Of a stretch of DNA of 64,000 bases, positions 36,950 through 50,800 are shown in pieces; position 1 is the stretch's first letter, and every line of letters starts with the position of its first letter. The notes below the pieces were generated by a model. The model was given only the letters and a program-made list of their open reading frames with translations. It ran no database searches and was not told where the DNA came from. Source of the stretch: Raillietiella orientalis (taxonomy: Eukaryota); assembly GCA_036172245.1 (NCBI GenBank), contig JAYWIR010000003.1, forward strand, positions 2,356,001 through 2,420,000, read 5' to 3'. Both the position numbers and the translations under genes were made by a program.

Positions 36950-38100
36950 GGCAGTCTCCTCTTTGAACTCGCTGGACGATTTCTCGAGGGATCTGCGAAG
37001 GCGAACAGGGAAAAAGGTGGAGCCTTAATGAATTACTGCCAGGCTGCTTTGGCCGACGTTCCGCATCACACCGTGACCGCACAGCATCCCATCCTCCATG
37101 CTTTGTCTTGAAGGCAAAGAGTGATGGTATCCAGAGGATTTCCGTTACCAAGACAGCATTGCTGATATCCAGCAGCCCAAACGTAAAAAAGGCGCAAGTT
37201 CTTTTCCCTGAGTAGTGACCTGAACCCCGAAGCCGAAGAAAGGAGGCAGCGTGTGGGGACGCTCGGACCAAGCAGCTTGGACCGAGCAGAACCGACTTGC
37301 GCATCTTCCCGTCCGGCATCTGCTCCGTTTCCGATCCACGCCACTTGCATCCTCGTGAGAATTTTCCTTTTTGAGGTGATCGTCTCTCTTTCGTGAGGAG
37401 GAGGCATGGCGAGTGATGCCTGCGCATCCATGCATCCATGTATTCCTTTTCCTTGAAACAGGAATCAAGCAAATCGAACATGGCGCTTCCTTTCTCGCAG
37501 GGAAAAACCTGAGGCATCCAGGAGCGAACCCTTTCGTCTCGTGCACTGCTATTTGTGGAATTTTAAAGTGGAAGTGCCGAGGGTTCCGCTGTGCCACAGA
37601 GTTTATCCTATTTTTTGGATTAGACTCTTTTGATAGAAACAAAATGATGTGACCCGCGTGGAGGCTTTCCCCTCGTACCTGATCGGTGGGAAAGAAGTTC
37701 AACCCTTCGAAGGTCCATCTGTCCATGTGAAAAGCTGCAAAAGTCGAGCCAGCATTCTTCGGCGCCGATCAAGAAAAATGCCAAAAGGCAAGCTCTCTGT
37801 CCTTTGAACTTTCGATGCCCCATTACAAATAGGACCCTTCATCTCTAGCGTGCACCTCCCATCAAATCTCTGAGACGTTTCCAGCCATCGGCTTCTCAAG
37901 TAGGAAAAAAATTCCACTGGATCTCGGCGACCTCACTTGCTGGTTTTGAATCTTCCGCGAGGTCACTGTCGGGTTGCAGTGCTCAAAAAGCATCACCCCA
38001 CGTATGCGAGAGGAGCACAATGTAAGTGAACTCAGACTGTCTTCCGGAATCAGAGAGGACCACAACCGCTGGTCTCGCTGCATTGCAAATCAACCAACTT
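36950..38100 (-). mobile_element. piggyBac transposase relic (most of the DDD domain)
   Basis: In order: QRLWSS...SRIRGVMLFEH (DYWS...RF..I...LH), RKFKGQR (M..FKGR), SAMFDLLDSCFKEKEYMDAWMRRH (TS..L...L....Y..GT.R.NR), CKWRG (KW.D) and FFTFGLLDISNA (FF..LD....NA). Confidence 0.75.
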
Positions 38101-39059
38101 CCGATTTAGCGGTGTTAGGATGGCTGCATCGAGATCTCCTCAAGGAAACAAACATGGAGAGCAAAAGGAAAGAAAGCTGCATCTGTAAGTGCACTTTTCC
38201 ACAGCTTCATCGGTTTCTCCTTAGCCAGGAAGCACGTTGGGTGTTTGATGAAATTTTCAACACCTTCGTTCTTCTGCCTTTTCTGTTCTGCATCCGCGGT
38301 ACTTTACCTCCTCATTGGTCGACCATCTGCCTCTTACGCAATTCTTAAAGAAGAAACGAAGCGAAGAAATCTGGAAAATTCAGTTCCTCGAATTTCCTTC
38401 GACCCTCAAAGAGTGAAGTGGGGTTTCGCTCGAGGCATGCACGAATTCTGCTCCCCATCCACCACAGATGGATGATTTGCCACTGCGATCCCATTTCGTC
38501 CTCTGGTTTTGTTATCGAGCTCTTCCTTGCCACCTCCAGAGAAGCTGCGCCGTGTTTCATTTCCGTTTGTCTTCGGGAATCGGAGATGAGGGTCACTCTC
38601 AGCTACTCATCCAGCTTGGAGAACCGAAACTCTCTCCCGGAATTTTCAGTACTCCCGAAGAAAGTGACCGGTGGTTGTGCTGGTGCACCAACAACAGTTG
38701 GTCCGTCTCACGGCTTCCCTTGTAATCAAATACTCAGGGTTATTCATTAAAATGCAAACCTTTAATCAAATGAATATTATTACTAATAAATGTTCATGCA
38801 TGTGTGATCAGGGCGGAAGGAATCAGGGATGTGGGAAGCGCTCTTCTTGACAGTTGAATGAAATTCCTGGTTCGCTTCCTCTGCGGCATGCTCAGGAAGA
38901 ATTCCAGCGATGCCATTATTATTTAATGGCATTAATTAAGATTAGAATTGAAGCACGATCGCGTATTAATTTTTTATTCCTAAAAGCACAAAGTGTAAAT
39001 CTTTAAGTGGTGCCTCCAAATCTTGGATGAATCGGCTTGGATTTGTACTTTAAATTGAA

Positions 39060-39640
39060 GAACTCTCGGCAAGGAAGTGCGAGAATGCATTCTTCCTCGT
39101 ACAAGGCGAACTTCACTCATTAAAACTTTGAATGGGTTCAGTCATATGCCAAGCACTTCCGCTGGACACATCTTGAAAAAGAGAGCAATTTTTGCGGAAT
39201 AAAAGCGAGAAATCTGAAAGATTTGCAAAGGAATCCTTGAAACCAATGGTGCACAAGGACTTTATCGAATTCCCAGCGATTGCATGCGATGAGTAAGATA
39301 TCTTTTCCCTGCAGTTCCATTTCTCATTCGCTCGGCATCAGCCCAAAGATCTCATCTTCAATGCATGAAGCGTACCATTTTTGTATCACCTTGGAACTGA
39401 CGTATTGAAATTCCGTATTCCTGCGAAAGCAGCGATGAGGATCGTGGCTTCAGTGGTTTCGACAGTGGCAGGTAATCTGACGATGTGGATCGCCCCAGGA
39501 AAGTGCCTTAAAGGATTGGAGATATCAGACTTCTTGGTAGCATGCAGAAGGGGTGAGCAAACGTCTCGACGTTATGCGCCATCACCTATCTCTGTACTCT
39601 TCTAACGAGGCAACTCGAGTAGGTATTCGATCCTTCGCTA
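39060..39640 (+). mobile_element. Mariner relic
   Basis: KEVRECILPRTRRTSL (KV...I..DRR.T) and SAGHILKK, then KFRIPAKAAMRIVASVVSTVAGNL...VLF*RGNSSRYS (KF....SAGK.MASVFWD..G.L...VLF..DNA..H). Confidence 0.65.
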
Positions 39641-39949
39641 AATCACTCATTGCAAGTCTTATTCCGTCATGACATGGAAAGGAAAGGCAAAGGAGTAAGG
39701 AGCGGAAGAGAAAATCAAACTCGCATGCAAGAAATCCACAGAACAGCAGCTGCAATCTTCACACGAATGCCTCCTTTCCTGTTTGATGCAGACGCTGCTA
39801 CTTCCGTGCAAGAATCCGTGGTGTTCTGGCCTCAGGAGCAGGTGCTCAAAATAGGAACTCAGATTGCTATTCGGACCGACGTTGTTCAGTTTGTTTTGTG
39901 ATCAATAAATGCAGAAACAACCATAGGAGTTGAAATTTTAGCTTCGAAT

Positions 39950-40520
39950 TCTCATGAGCGTCCATTCGCTGTCCACTTCGTTTTCAGCGAGAGTGAAGGC
40001 GAAAGGAGACGCCAAAAGTGAACTCGGAAAATAAAAATCACCAACTGCTGCGGCAACAGACTTTTTTTTCCGTCGTCGGAAGTCCCAGTCGAATTCGAAA
40101 CTGAAACTCAAAACTTCAACACCCATTAGCTCGAGCCATCTGTTGGGGAGCGGATGAACTACAACGGCGGAAGTAAGTATCAAAGACGTTTCCGACTCGG
40201 ATCAGAGAATCGGCAACATTGAATCACCCAAGAGCACAGAAATCACTGTCAAATTCATTTGGCTAAATGACAGATTGAAAATGAATGCACGTTCCTTTGA
40301 ATAGCAAAAAAAGAGACATACCAACTTGCACCTAACGACGGTCGTTTAGATAGTAATCTTATCTGGACGCAATGCTCCACCCTGTGATGAAAGCATTCGA
40401 GTACTTTTACTGCGACGACATCCAAAAGTCTCCAAGGATCTGAGCATATGAGATGGATTCAAACAGTCCTAAATTTGTGGCTCGGGAACTTATCTCTGGG
40501 ATCAGCGTGTTAGTGACCCA
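39950..40520 (+). mobile_element. Tc1-like relic
   Basis: ICWGA/MNYNG (VWG..S..G), GRNAPPC (QDNAP.H) and NLW (ENLW) in the correct order. Confidence 0.45.
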
Positions 40521-41049
40521 AATTGGATCGTTCCCGTGCTACTAAATTTTATTCAAATAGGAGGCTGACGAATTTCGCAAGTTTCGATGAAACAGATGCT
40601 GTGTTTCCCTGAGAACCGAAAAACACTTTTGCGTTATTTTCGTTCCTGGGCATAACATGATCTTTTGCATCTGCTTCAGTCTCCACATAGCTGAAACATC
40701 TGAAATCGAAAGGCAGCAGCAGACTGAAACACGAAAGCAGGTTATTTTTTTGCCGTTTTCCGTTTACTTTATTTTTTGTCAGATTTCAAGACTGGTTGTT
40801 TACTCGTGCGTTGTTCACATGTGCGCACTTCATCACACAATTAGCGGAAACGCTTGCGCTATGATTATCGATTGGTAATTGATTTTCACATCATCGCGAT
40901 GGTAATTATCACCACTAGACTCACACATGAACTTTCTCAAGCAAACATAGAAACAATCCGGATGCTACACTGATTGCGAATCTGTAGTAATTTCTGTCGT
41001 AGGCACCTTAATCTCCGTCCTTCCTGTGAAACGAAACCCCTTTGGCCAG

Positions 41050-41350
41050 GCTGAGATGCAAGAGATGCTGGGGATCCGCCTCAGATGAGGACTGTGCGCC
41101 AACGACTGGCATCGCCTTTTGAACACCGAAGAGGAGACGAATCATAGGAAAGCTGTTGTTTACGGCATTGGTTTCATCCCATGGAATTTCCTGTGAATTC
41201 GTACAAATTTCGACCGTGAAACACACGCTGCTGCTATGTAACCGCTTATTCAAGTGGACTCCACAATAAGAGATGGCATCACACTGAGAGCAGATACAAT
41301 GATGCTTGGAGTTTTGGGATCGAAGTCCGAATAGGAATTCTGGAAGGCAA
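41050..41350 (+). mobile_element. Mariner relic
   Basis: MLGI..GLCANDWHRLLNTEE (LG..K.CARWVPRLL..E), NFL*IRTNFDRET (FL.RIVT.DET) and TMML/EFWD (K.M..VFWD). Confidence 0.6.
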
Positions 41351-42049
41351 AGGACAGTAGCGGATCTTTCTATTCTAAAATTTTGGAATGCCATTTGGGA
41401 ATTCAAGTCGAAATCAGAGAGCCCAAATTCGATCTTTCCATGGGTATTGAGGACGCTATCAAATGAGAATCACGTTTCCCAGAAAACTTTTGGGCTTTGG
41501 GTTTCTGGTTTTTGAGAGTAAATAGATTCCTCTCTGCAACTTGAAAAACTCGAAAATCCTCCATGCTTACGTGAGCACTCTACACATGCTATTTTACTTC
41601 ACCACGATTGACATCACATTATGCATTAAAACATATGAATGAATTATGTGTTCTGCCGAGAAGTAATTGGGATCATTTCTTACCATTAGTACCATTTGTA
41701 ATGCCATTAGTACGCCATTTTTAGAACGAAAGAGGTAATTGGAAAGTTCCTTTTTTTTTTTTTATTTTAAGTGAATTCATTACTGGCATATTATTTATGG
41801 AATAAAGATTTAGGGCTCTCTGGGTCATCTGCCGCATTTATTAAATCAACGATTGTAATCGGACCATTTCTGAAGATTTACTAATGCGTCTGCAGTTTTC
41901 TTCCTCTCGGACGCGGATGTATTATCCATTATGACGAGAGCTTCTTCCTAAAGATTCCACTCAGTCCACGCATTTCAGATAAAAACCAAAGTCCACCTTA
42001 GGTGCATAGCTGTGCCACTGAAAGCACTTGAGCTGACCAGCTGCTCTTT

Positions 42050-42900
42050 CAGCCTCCGCCGACCCAGCACTGGTGTGGATCCCCTGGCGCATTTTTCTTG
42101 AACGGAGAAGACTTCTACGAACATCTCAAATCATTTCTGAATTAGAATGATACTGAAGCCGAATCAGAAGGACGCCAAAGCGAAGTTTGCCTGCCGTTGC
42201 CACAATCGGTAGGTGCACACGAGAAGGAGGATGGCCACCCGAATCCTTCGTGCAAGAGTTGGGACAGCTTCAAGGATGTAGGCAGACTCCATCTGGAATC
42301 CAGCCGAAAATGCTTGGTACAAACTTGGCTGCTTCTCATGATTTTGCATGCCAGTCCCTACTTTCCATCTATTTTGAGCTTGGGCCAACTGCTCCTTGCA
42401 CTGTGGTCAAGCAGATTTTCCAGGTCTTCGTCGATGTCGTGAATATCATTCCTGCAGCCCTCTGAAACATCTTTGATTAGGGTTACGCGCATTCATCAAG
42501 AACCACGACGCTCGTGGCGATTCGTATCGTTAGTTTCCATATAGACATAAACTCAGATTCGTTCCTGGTCCCACGATGAAGACTATAAAGATTTTCCTGA
42601 ATCTTCACAGTCGAAAAGAAGATAGCAAAGATGGCTGATCATGCCACAGTAACCATAAGACCACTATTGGTTACTCTTCCTCCACGTAAAAGTGGTCAGG
42701 GCTGCAGGGCACAAACGGTATGGCGGCGTCACACCATCCCACGGTCTTTCCACGTTTCCCGTTAGCGAATCCATGCGGATAACTGCATGAGGTTTGCAGA
42801 TTTTCAAACCCATTCGTAATGGGAGATGTTTCTAGCAGAAGGCAGTTCCGCTCTAAACCTTCAAAAGCAACCGAGAAGATACAGAATTTCGTGTACGCAG
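42050..42900 (-). mobile_element. Gypsy RT relic
   Basis: FEGLERN...FANGK (ELERL...K.NGK), WKLTIRIATS (KRL.FGI.S) and LIKDVSEGCRNDIHDIDEDLENL (L.D..GC.N..DDI....H..NL). Confidence 0.55.
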
Positions 42901-43249
42901 ACGCATGTAGAGGATGAGTGAGAAAATTCAAAGCATTCGATATTATAGCTACTAGTAATTAATGAATGACGACCTCATTTGGGAGATAACACATGGAGAT
43001 GACATTGGTTGATTGGGTTCGACCAGCAGCATTTTGGGGGAAACCACAGATTTGTGCATTTTCCTCCTGAAGGGGACAAGTGCCATCCTTCCGGTGCCCC
43101 AACCCTTCAGTTTTTATTTTAATGGGCATTGCGGAGAATTATTTTCTGAAATCTTCCTGAATCTTTACAGTCCAGTCTTTTGATTGAAAAGAAAATCTTC
43201 ATCTTGGAGCGTTTCGGATTTTCCCCTTGGGCTCGTGAGGGAACCTATG

Positions 43250-43830
43250 GTTTCTGATTGCAGCATCGAGGAGGCAATCGATTAGAGCGTTAAGAAGTCT
43301 TCGGCAATAAACTGATGATGTCCATGTTTCGGGACAGCCGGAAAACCCAACTTTTTTTTGCTTGGGTCATCTGAGCTACTTGGAACTCGGAAGCATTTCG
43401 TCTTAAACTGCTGGCTATTTGGGACACAAGGTGTCCGGGGAAACAAGGTTCAGTTTGACAGTGCGTTTAGCGTTTTCGACATACGAGTGAGTTTCGGGAA
43501 ACCAGGAGGCCGAGGGCATGAAATTCAAAAGATGGATTCAGCGAGAGTGAGGAAATTTCGCCTCAGAAGATAATGAAGCTTGTCAGTCCTATCGTACGAT
43601 CTCCTAAGGATGAAAACCATGTGAGAGCCCAAGGCGAAATAAGATTCAGAAAAGATAGGTCACGCCGCCATCTTGGTAGTGCTTCTCTGAACAAGAGGAA
43701 ATGGGTCTTCTAGTTCCCCTATTCAAAGGCACCTTGGGATTGAAGCATGGTTACGTAGTGCCACATTTGACGCGCGTAAAGTACAGCACCAAGGGACCCA
43801 AAATGGAAACTATTCAGAAATCTTTTTCCT
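43250..43830 (+). mobile_element. Mariner relic
   Basis: ELLGTRKHF..CW (E.LG.RK...RW) and GLLVPLFKGTLG...GYVVPHLTRVK (G.L..FL.KG.T....Y...L.RL). Confidence 0.45.
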
Positions 43831-43999
43831 GGTTACTGCCTTTGAGAGCTACAGAAATATTTGGCAGCTTCATTGGAGCAGATTCGCATCTCACAAGAAT
43901 GAGATTTAGATTTTTATCCGTTGGTTCAGAGCATCCGGGATCGATCACAGAAATGAAGTTCGAACTCCACACTCCGACTTCGACGCTGACTAGTCCTTG

Positions 44000-44900
44000 G
44001 CCACCTTCCTTCTTTTTTTACAATCTCAGAAGGCCAATCCAGAAAGGAACACAAGAAATCCTTTCCTGTGTATTCTCAAATGCACCAATCCTTCCTTAAT
44101 CAGGGGGAAAGCTGGGAAGGTGAAATGAGCTCTGGAGAGGATATCACCGGGCTCTGAGAAGTGGCAAAGAATACCACCAGCCAACCCTCGGCAAGATAGG
44201 AATTTTGGTGTCTTTCGAAAAATTCCTTCATCTCCACACTTTTTTTTGGTCATCCAGTCGATGTAAGCATTAATAACCCAAACGTCTAAACTTCTTGATC
44301 CTTTTTTTTCCTTTCCAGCACTTTACTGTTCTCGTTTCCTTGTGAATCATTTTTGGGCTTTTGGTTGTATTCTTGAACCCATGGTTGCTAACGGTTACCT
44401 CTTCATGTACCACGAAAGCAGTCTGGAAAAGTTGTGTGGTCTTTACTGCCAAAAGATGTTTCCTTTTTTTTAGGTTGTGATTCCACTTTCTCTTCAAACG
44501 TTTTCGAGGATCCCTTCCAGCTCCTATGGAACCTCGGTCGACTTTCGGTGCAACCAACTGGTCCCTGAAAGATCCGTCTAGATAATCACCAATAGGGTTT
44601 CCCGTCTGGAGCAGAAGCACGCATCATCATTGGATTTCTTCTTGGAATTGTCGGGAATTTCCTCAAACTGAAACGAAGAGAGATTGGTACAATCGAAATG
44701 GATCCTCAGTTTCTCCGTCATCAGTATAAAAGGAAGGATCCATAGGGTCCGCAGTTCTAATGCCAGGTGACAGCTCGGATCTGCATGACAACAGACGTTG
44801 GCAAAACACACACAGAACAAAAGCGAAAGAATCGTCACTGGATCTGTAATGAATCGAAACGAATTTGTTGTCGGGGAAAGAGTAATTCATAAATTGCTCT
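44000..44900 (-). mobile_element. PIF/Harbinger (HARBI1-like) transposase relic
   Basis: In order: DNKFVSIHYRSSDDSFAFVL (D..F...FRM....F..L), LRTLWIL (L..TL..L), GNPIGDYLDGSF...VAPK (P..IGAIDG.H..I.AP), HNLKK...SNHG (Y.N.K...GS.HD), YPLQSSFHLP (YPL...L..P) and AFEN...IGLLR (FN...FG.LK). Confidence 0.7.
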
Positions 44901-45099
44901 TCAGTTTCATTTGAAGGGGGGAAATTCATCAAAGTTCACGGTTTTGCCATCGAGGACTCACCGATGATCCTTGCAGCCCGCAAGGCGTTAGCGCCTTTCC
45001 GTATTGCTCCCTCCTTATCCGTCTTTACAAATCTGTGTTGCAAGCAGAAGGCAACAACTGGTCCTCTAGGCTCTTGTGGTGAGAACTCTGTGCCATCCA

Positions 45100-45700
45100 A
45101 GCCCGGGGAGAGGTAATTCCAACTTTAACCCCGCGTGTCCATATCCATTTCGGTCACTTCTCCCCTCGACCTGTTCCCTTTTAAACGAGTTTCCTAGCTG
45201 CAGTCATCGGATGGGTATTCTTTCCGAACACCTACTCAGCTTGAGGAATTCGTCGTTATAAGGAAGCTGGAATCGCAGATCTTTTCCGAAGAGTCCCGAC
45301 TGCCGAAATCTGGTCGAAAGGAATGGGCATCCAATCAGGAGCAACAAGGAAAAGCTTCCCTTGCCTTCACAGTAGCCTCTTCTTGCTTGAGGCGTGCTAA
45401 AAATTCGATATTTCACTTGACCATGTAACCACTCAGCGCTGCTCTTCTTCTTTAGAGTACGGAGCTGTAGCAGTTGAACAGTGACGTCATGTGTGTTCTG
45501 ATTTCTTCCCTCGTGTTTTCTTCAAGCTGCTTCAGCTTTTGTGGTGACCAGAAATATGAACACACAAGAGCGATCCGGAAAGACGCTAAGATAATCCACC
45601 ACTATTTCATCTTCGAAAAAAGGGAGCAAAATATCAGGAAGAGCCGCTTACACGCTAAATTTAACTCTGGGAAAACTTCCCACAGAGAGAGATTCTGTTT
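45100..45700 (+). mobile_element. piggyBac N-terminal relic
   Basis: TSPLDLF (SP.DLF), EWASNQEQQGKASLAF (W......E.KAFL) and ERSGKTLR (D.L.K.R). Confidence 0.45.
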
Positions 45701-46399
45701 CTAGGAAATCGAATGGGTCCACCGATCAAATCTTCATGAGAGCAATTCAAGCAATCAGACAGTTTGTAGAAGGAATTCTCTGAGCATGCAAAAGCTACGC
45801 ATTCGGCTTTCTGCCGGCTCTAAAAGTAATCGGAAGTGAGAACCGTGGGAAACAGTTAGCAGTTTCTTCAGATAAATGAGAATATGCTCATTTCCCTGCA
45901 TGAATCATGCATTCACTTACCTATTTCTGATTTGGTACTGTTGCTGGCCCCAGTTCCAAGAAATTCGTGGCTATGCTTCTCCCCTTCTATTGCAGCTTGT
46001 TTCCTTTTCTTCTTTCCTCAAATCTTTAGGGTGCGGCTCGTCAAAAGGAGCTGCTGGCTTCTTTGTCTAAGATATGTCGCAGCTTGCATGTTTGCTTTTG
46101 CCGTAGGAAAAATTAATATGAGGCCACTAATTAAGATCCACAGGCTCTGGAATTCAATGAGATTTCCTCATAATCTAAGGGAAGCTCTGGTGCTTAATCA
46201 GTTTTCGATCTCATGAGCTGAGAAAGAGCCAGATTGAGTGTAGTACCATAGCAGCCCACGGCGTGAAAGCATGGGATGACCAAAGGCATCCCCAGTGTTC
46301 GTGCAGAAGCGATTTCGTGTTTTTCCTATTCCCTTTGCTTTCGTATAAACAAACATCAACTAAAGTACTCTTTACCCGCCACTGCCACTTTGCATGTCA

Positions 46400-47130
46400 A
46401 GGCTGCTAAATGGAACTGAAATTATCATAGGGCAACTTCTTACAATAAAGGTTGGAAGCCATTGAAATGGCTGCTCGCTTGGACCTTATGAAAAACGCAC
46501 AAACACACAGTCGGTGAGGACCAAAACTTCTTTTATTGAAACATGCAGTCCATCACGCACTTGAGAATCTGCTGGGGATTTTTTTCCCCGAAGGTGCTAA
46601 AATACGGGGTGAGGGCTCCTCTGGGATAGTCAAGCAGAATTTGACCAAGGGTTAGCATTACGAAGGATCAGGGGAGATGTTGCATATTTCACTCTCAAAA
46701 CGAGTTCGCATTACGACAACGAAGTGAGCAAAATCCAGCTGCTCCTGACAAGCAGATAAACAGAAGAAATCTGGCCTTATTTAAAAATCCGAATTTGTTT
46801 ACAGCGAAGGTGGTTTGGTGAATAGATGCAAAGGGAGCATTTTCTTCCTCCAACTTATGAGCCATGAGCTCTTTCGTAGAGAACCAAACTCTCCAGGAAT
46901 AGCCTTTTAAAAGCAGCCGAAGAATGCAGGTTCCGATGCTAATGGCCTTGAATGAGACGGGAAGGGTTTTTCCTGTGGACCTCAAACTCAGGGGATCAGC
47001 GCCACTGGTCAACCAGGAAGAGGCACGAGTTTGACGTTTGGAAGAGCTTCTTTTGGGGAATTCGCCTCCGCCCAGGTAATTTCGAGTTTCGGAATCGTGA
47101 GATGGATGAATGCGTAGTAATAAAAACATC
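46400..47130 (-). mobile_element. Mariner relic (catalytic domain to C-terminus)
   Basis: RIHPSHDSETR (W.H...PETK), STGKTLPVSF...LLKG (SAGK.M..VF...L.KG), LILRNANPW (LLHDNARPH) and PRILAPSG (SPDLAPSD). Confidence 0.65.
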
Positions 47131-47639
47131 GCCAAAGAAGACTGCTGCCGGGTGATTTTTATTTTTTTTTCCTTTCTTGAGCTCCCTTGGAGTGCATATT
47201 AAAGCCGAGTGGCATCAGTCATTCTTCAACCACAATTTCATAAAGAAGTAGCATATTGAATCCACTCATCTTTGCAGTAGTGGCTTTCCTTTACTTTGCT
47301 CCATCAAGTTTTTTTGGCCTCTGCATGTTAAAAGAAAATGTGATTACAACAAGTGCGTTAGTATTTCCATTAGTTCAGGAAACCATCGAGGTTTATTTAT
47401 TTATCGTACACTTTTGATATTTCAAGCATATAAGGAATCTATAGAAACAAACCTATTCCCTAAAGAACGAATACGGTATGTATTATTATAATTTGATGGT
47501 TATGGTCCATATGATCAAAACATCCTGATCTTTCCATGATCTCTCTTTTTATTGCTGAAACTAGCTGCTGGCACTGTGCTGTCTTTATGCTCCTCATAGC
47601 AAAAGTACAGAAGGGTTAATTTCAGGTATTTAATTTGGC

Positions 47640-47845
47640 TCTCCATAATGAAGAACTTTCTGACTTGAAGAAACGGATACTGTGGCCGTTGCACTCTCTA
47701 ACCTAAAGAGTTGGATGTGTTTTCTGAGAGGCAAAAGGCAAACCTGCAGACTCTGAACTCCAACTGCATGAAAGAAATGCTCTACCGATGCATCAAGCGC
47801 TGTGCTCTTCAAACACGCCGAAAGATTGGGATACATTTTACGAAA
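47640..47845 (+). mobile_element. Tc1/mariner C-terminal relic
   Basis: ILWPLHS/ELDVF (WPP.SPDL.PLDFF), NLQTL and GIHF (G.HFE). Confidence 0.4.
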
Positions 47846-50800
47846 AGCGAATGTCTGCTGACCATTCTTTTTTTTTTTTTTTTTTTTTTTTACAATAGGC
47901 GGCTAAATGCTTCCATCAAGTTTGATGCATTCCACTTTCCAAGCAATTCAAATACAATCTCACGGCCTACAGCACAGCCACGAAAGAGATGAGAAGTGAA
48001 AGTGCCATGCCTTATGAGGCAAATGCAAAGCCTTATTTTCCAGGAGCAAGGAGGAAATGTGCGCGTCTCCCCAAATAGTTATGTGACAAAACTGACGTCA
48101 GGGAAGATAAGGGATGGAAGGAAGGAATTGCCGCAGGTTCACGAACCTCTGGTCTTCTTTCTGGTACGGTGCTTGCAGTCGGTCACTGCTGGATTTCGAA
48201 ACTTCAGGTGGTGATCCTGAGATCCCGTTTTTTAGCTATGGGTGCATCCTCATGTGGTCGTGGACAGAACATGTTCCGTGCCTTTCATCCCCGTTAAAAT
48301 TACGCGTGCTTCAAAGAATGGGAAGTAAATCGTTATTTGCTTTGCGCAAATCGCAGTTTGCTGGGTACACATGAAATGCTGGAAAGCAAACATTCGAATA
48401 CCTGACGGGATCTTAGAGTCTTATCTGTTTGCCTATTGTGGTGTTTCATGAGATGAGGAACGTAATGCTCTTTAAGAGGTTTCTTCTCCTGGAAGAGCAC
48501 TTGAATGCAGAAATTCGGCTAGTCATGCTCGATTCTGCCACTTGTAGTCTAATAGAACATCATTCTTGTCCTCAGTTTACTGATAGAATGTTGATAGTGC
48601 TTCGATGAACGGAATTTCCTCGCATTTAAATGCTTGTGATTTCTATCAAAAGTATTTGATACACGTTGGAGATGTATCCCTGCGAGAAATATCGAATCTG
48701 CAGACGCCTAGGAACACTTTTCGTCCAGGATAGCATGAAGATGCTAAAAAGCAGGATGGCAGCAAAATCTCTGGGTTTGCATCCGAAGTCTCAAATGCAA
48801 CAGTGACTGTCGAATTGGTTTCTCGGACCTTCCATATGTCGGTTTTATTTTGAGAATAGAAAGTTATCCGAGTGACTGACATCACTCTTCAGTCCTCGGG
48901 AATTTGAGAGCTAGCATCAAATGCAGGGTTTCTATAACATAAAACCAAGAGGTAGACTTCAACTACAGTAGATGGACTTTTTCCTAATGCCCTGGGGCAG
49001 AATAGATTGTGTTCCATGTGCACTTTCAGACCTACTTTTTGTCAGTCAACCTTTGGCGACAGTTGACGTGATTCAACACGATTTGTTCCTTGCAAGATGA
49101 ATCTGATGAAGAGATTTGTCAATAAACAGAGTTGTTCGAGCTCCACGACTCCTTCCAGGAAGCATCGCTTCGTGCATCGTTCAAGGAATCCGCTAACATC
49201 GATTAAAAATTTTCTGAATTACTTTCCCTTGCTTTGAATGCCCCGAGCAATCTTTCATTAAAGCTGGCATCCCTGACTCTTTTCGAGCTGCAAATGCTGG
49301 AGGTCTGCACGTTGCAGTCGACGGAGAAATCGCAGTCGACTGACGAGATGGACGGTGTGTCACCAGCAGCTGAAAGGAAATCAGTGCATACCAAGAGGTT
49401 TGTCACGCGCCATTTGAGTGTCCCACGGAACACACAATCGTTCTATTTCCGAATACTCGAAATTTGATTCCGTGTTTCTTGAAGTGTCTTAAACACTTTC
49501 TCTTTTTCTTAATTTAGCTCCTGCGTGAAGCATCGAAGTCCGACAGATACCAAAATCCTACTGAACCATCTAGAACCAGGAAAGGTACTCACTTGCTGAT
49601 GAATGCGTTGCACAAATTTATGCAATTCCATTATCACTTCCGAGCCCAACACTAAGGAGTTGCCAGCTGGAATGGAAAACTCTGGAATCTCATCAAAACG
49701 GTTCCGGAAATACCCCGCTTCGTATGGCAAGAGACATCGGAAGATCAGAGTCCATCAAGAAATTCTTTGAAGTTGCAGAAGAATCGCATCCTTCCTTGTC
49801 CGGACTTTGCCGTTCTTTGATCACCATCTCTTCGTTGCACACTGATTTAAAGACAGAATCGATGACTGTTCATAATGTGGGGTCTGCGCTGATTCCCTCG
49901 GAGATAACCAATGTCATCTAGTGATTGTACAAAGTACACAGACTGCTTCAAGTAGCAAGCAGATAGTTTTGTATTTGCTTTTCAGTGCCTCCATAATAAA
50001 AAGAAATTCTTCAAGTCCCTGCTTTGAGATTGCCGAAGGCTCCCAGGAGCAAGCAAACGAGAAAAACGGAAGAAAAGCAAGGAACAAATCAAAGCAAGCA
50101 AAGAGAAGACCGAGGCAGAATGCGCATTTGAACTTCATCTTTCTACGGTCATCTCCAATCCTCGTAGGACATTTGAAGGGCAGCATAAATTTCCAGGAAA
50201 CCTTAGGACCTTATCCAGGTACTGGTACATTATTTGATAAGACGGGAAAGGGAAAAGCAGCCCAGGCTCGAGGAGCTTGCAATGGAAAGTTCCGAGGGAT
50301 TGCCTCTGAAAGACTGCGGAATCTCCGCTTTCCTGTTTTACAGATCCAAGAGATGGAATCCTCTGCGTTTCGATTGTGAATGAGATTTTTTAGCTTCCAC
50401 GTGAGGTCCGGGAGTTTACGCTTTCACGAGCCCGAGTTCTCACTTTGGCTTTCCAGCCCCAGTGAGAATCTGGCAAATCTTCTCGCGCGAAGAAGGGATC
50501 GACTTCTCGGGAGATGAAAAAGGAGGAAATACCTCGCCGCATGATTACTGCGTTTTGAACGGCTCGAGAAAATTCGAAGGTAAATCTTCAGGCACCGGAA
50601 GCTTCGAAAGCACACACACTTGAGGTAATTGAAGCTGATCTCTTCCCCAACAGGTTATTTTTTTTGTGTGTGTGTGTGTGTGTTTGTTTTTCATCACCAG
50701 TAAGTACGTGCTCATGGGAGTCTCCAGCTTGCGCATCCGTGAAAGTCAACTTTGCATGGGATTCTGCTAGCCGCATGAGAAGGCCATTGCGAACCACGAA

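Noticed and set aside
38910..38932. 9-bp-stem hairpin atgccatta-ttatt-taatggcat (similar small palindromes near 6752 and 53794)
   Set aside because: Short, isolated inverted repeats are expected by chance, and there is no terminator or MITE context.
48640..50380. Weak pogo-like hints (TVTVAF..LLP, PGSRWFSR) and a 152-aa ORF
   Set aside because: The motifs are too degenerate to call, and the ORF has no recognisable domain.
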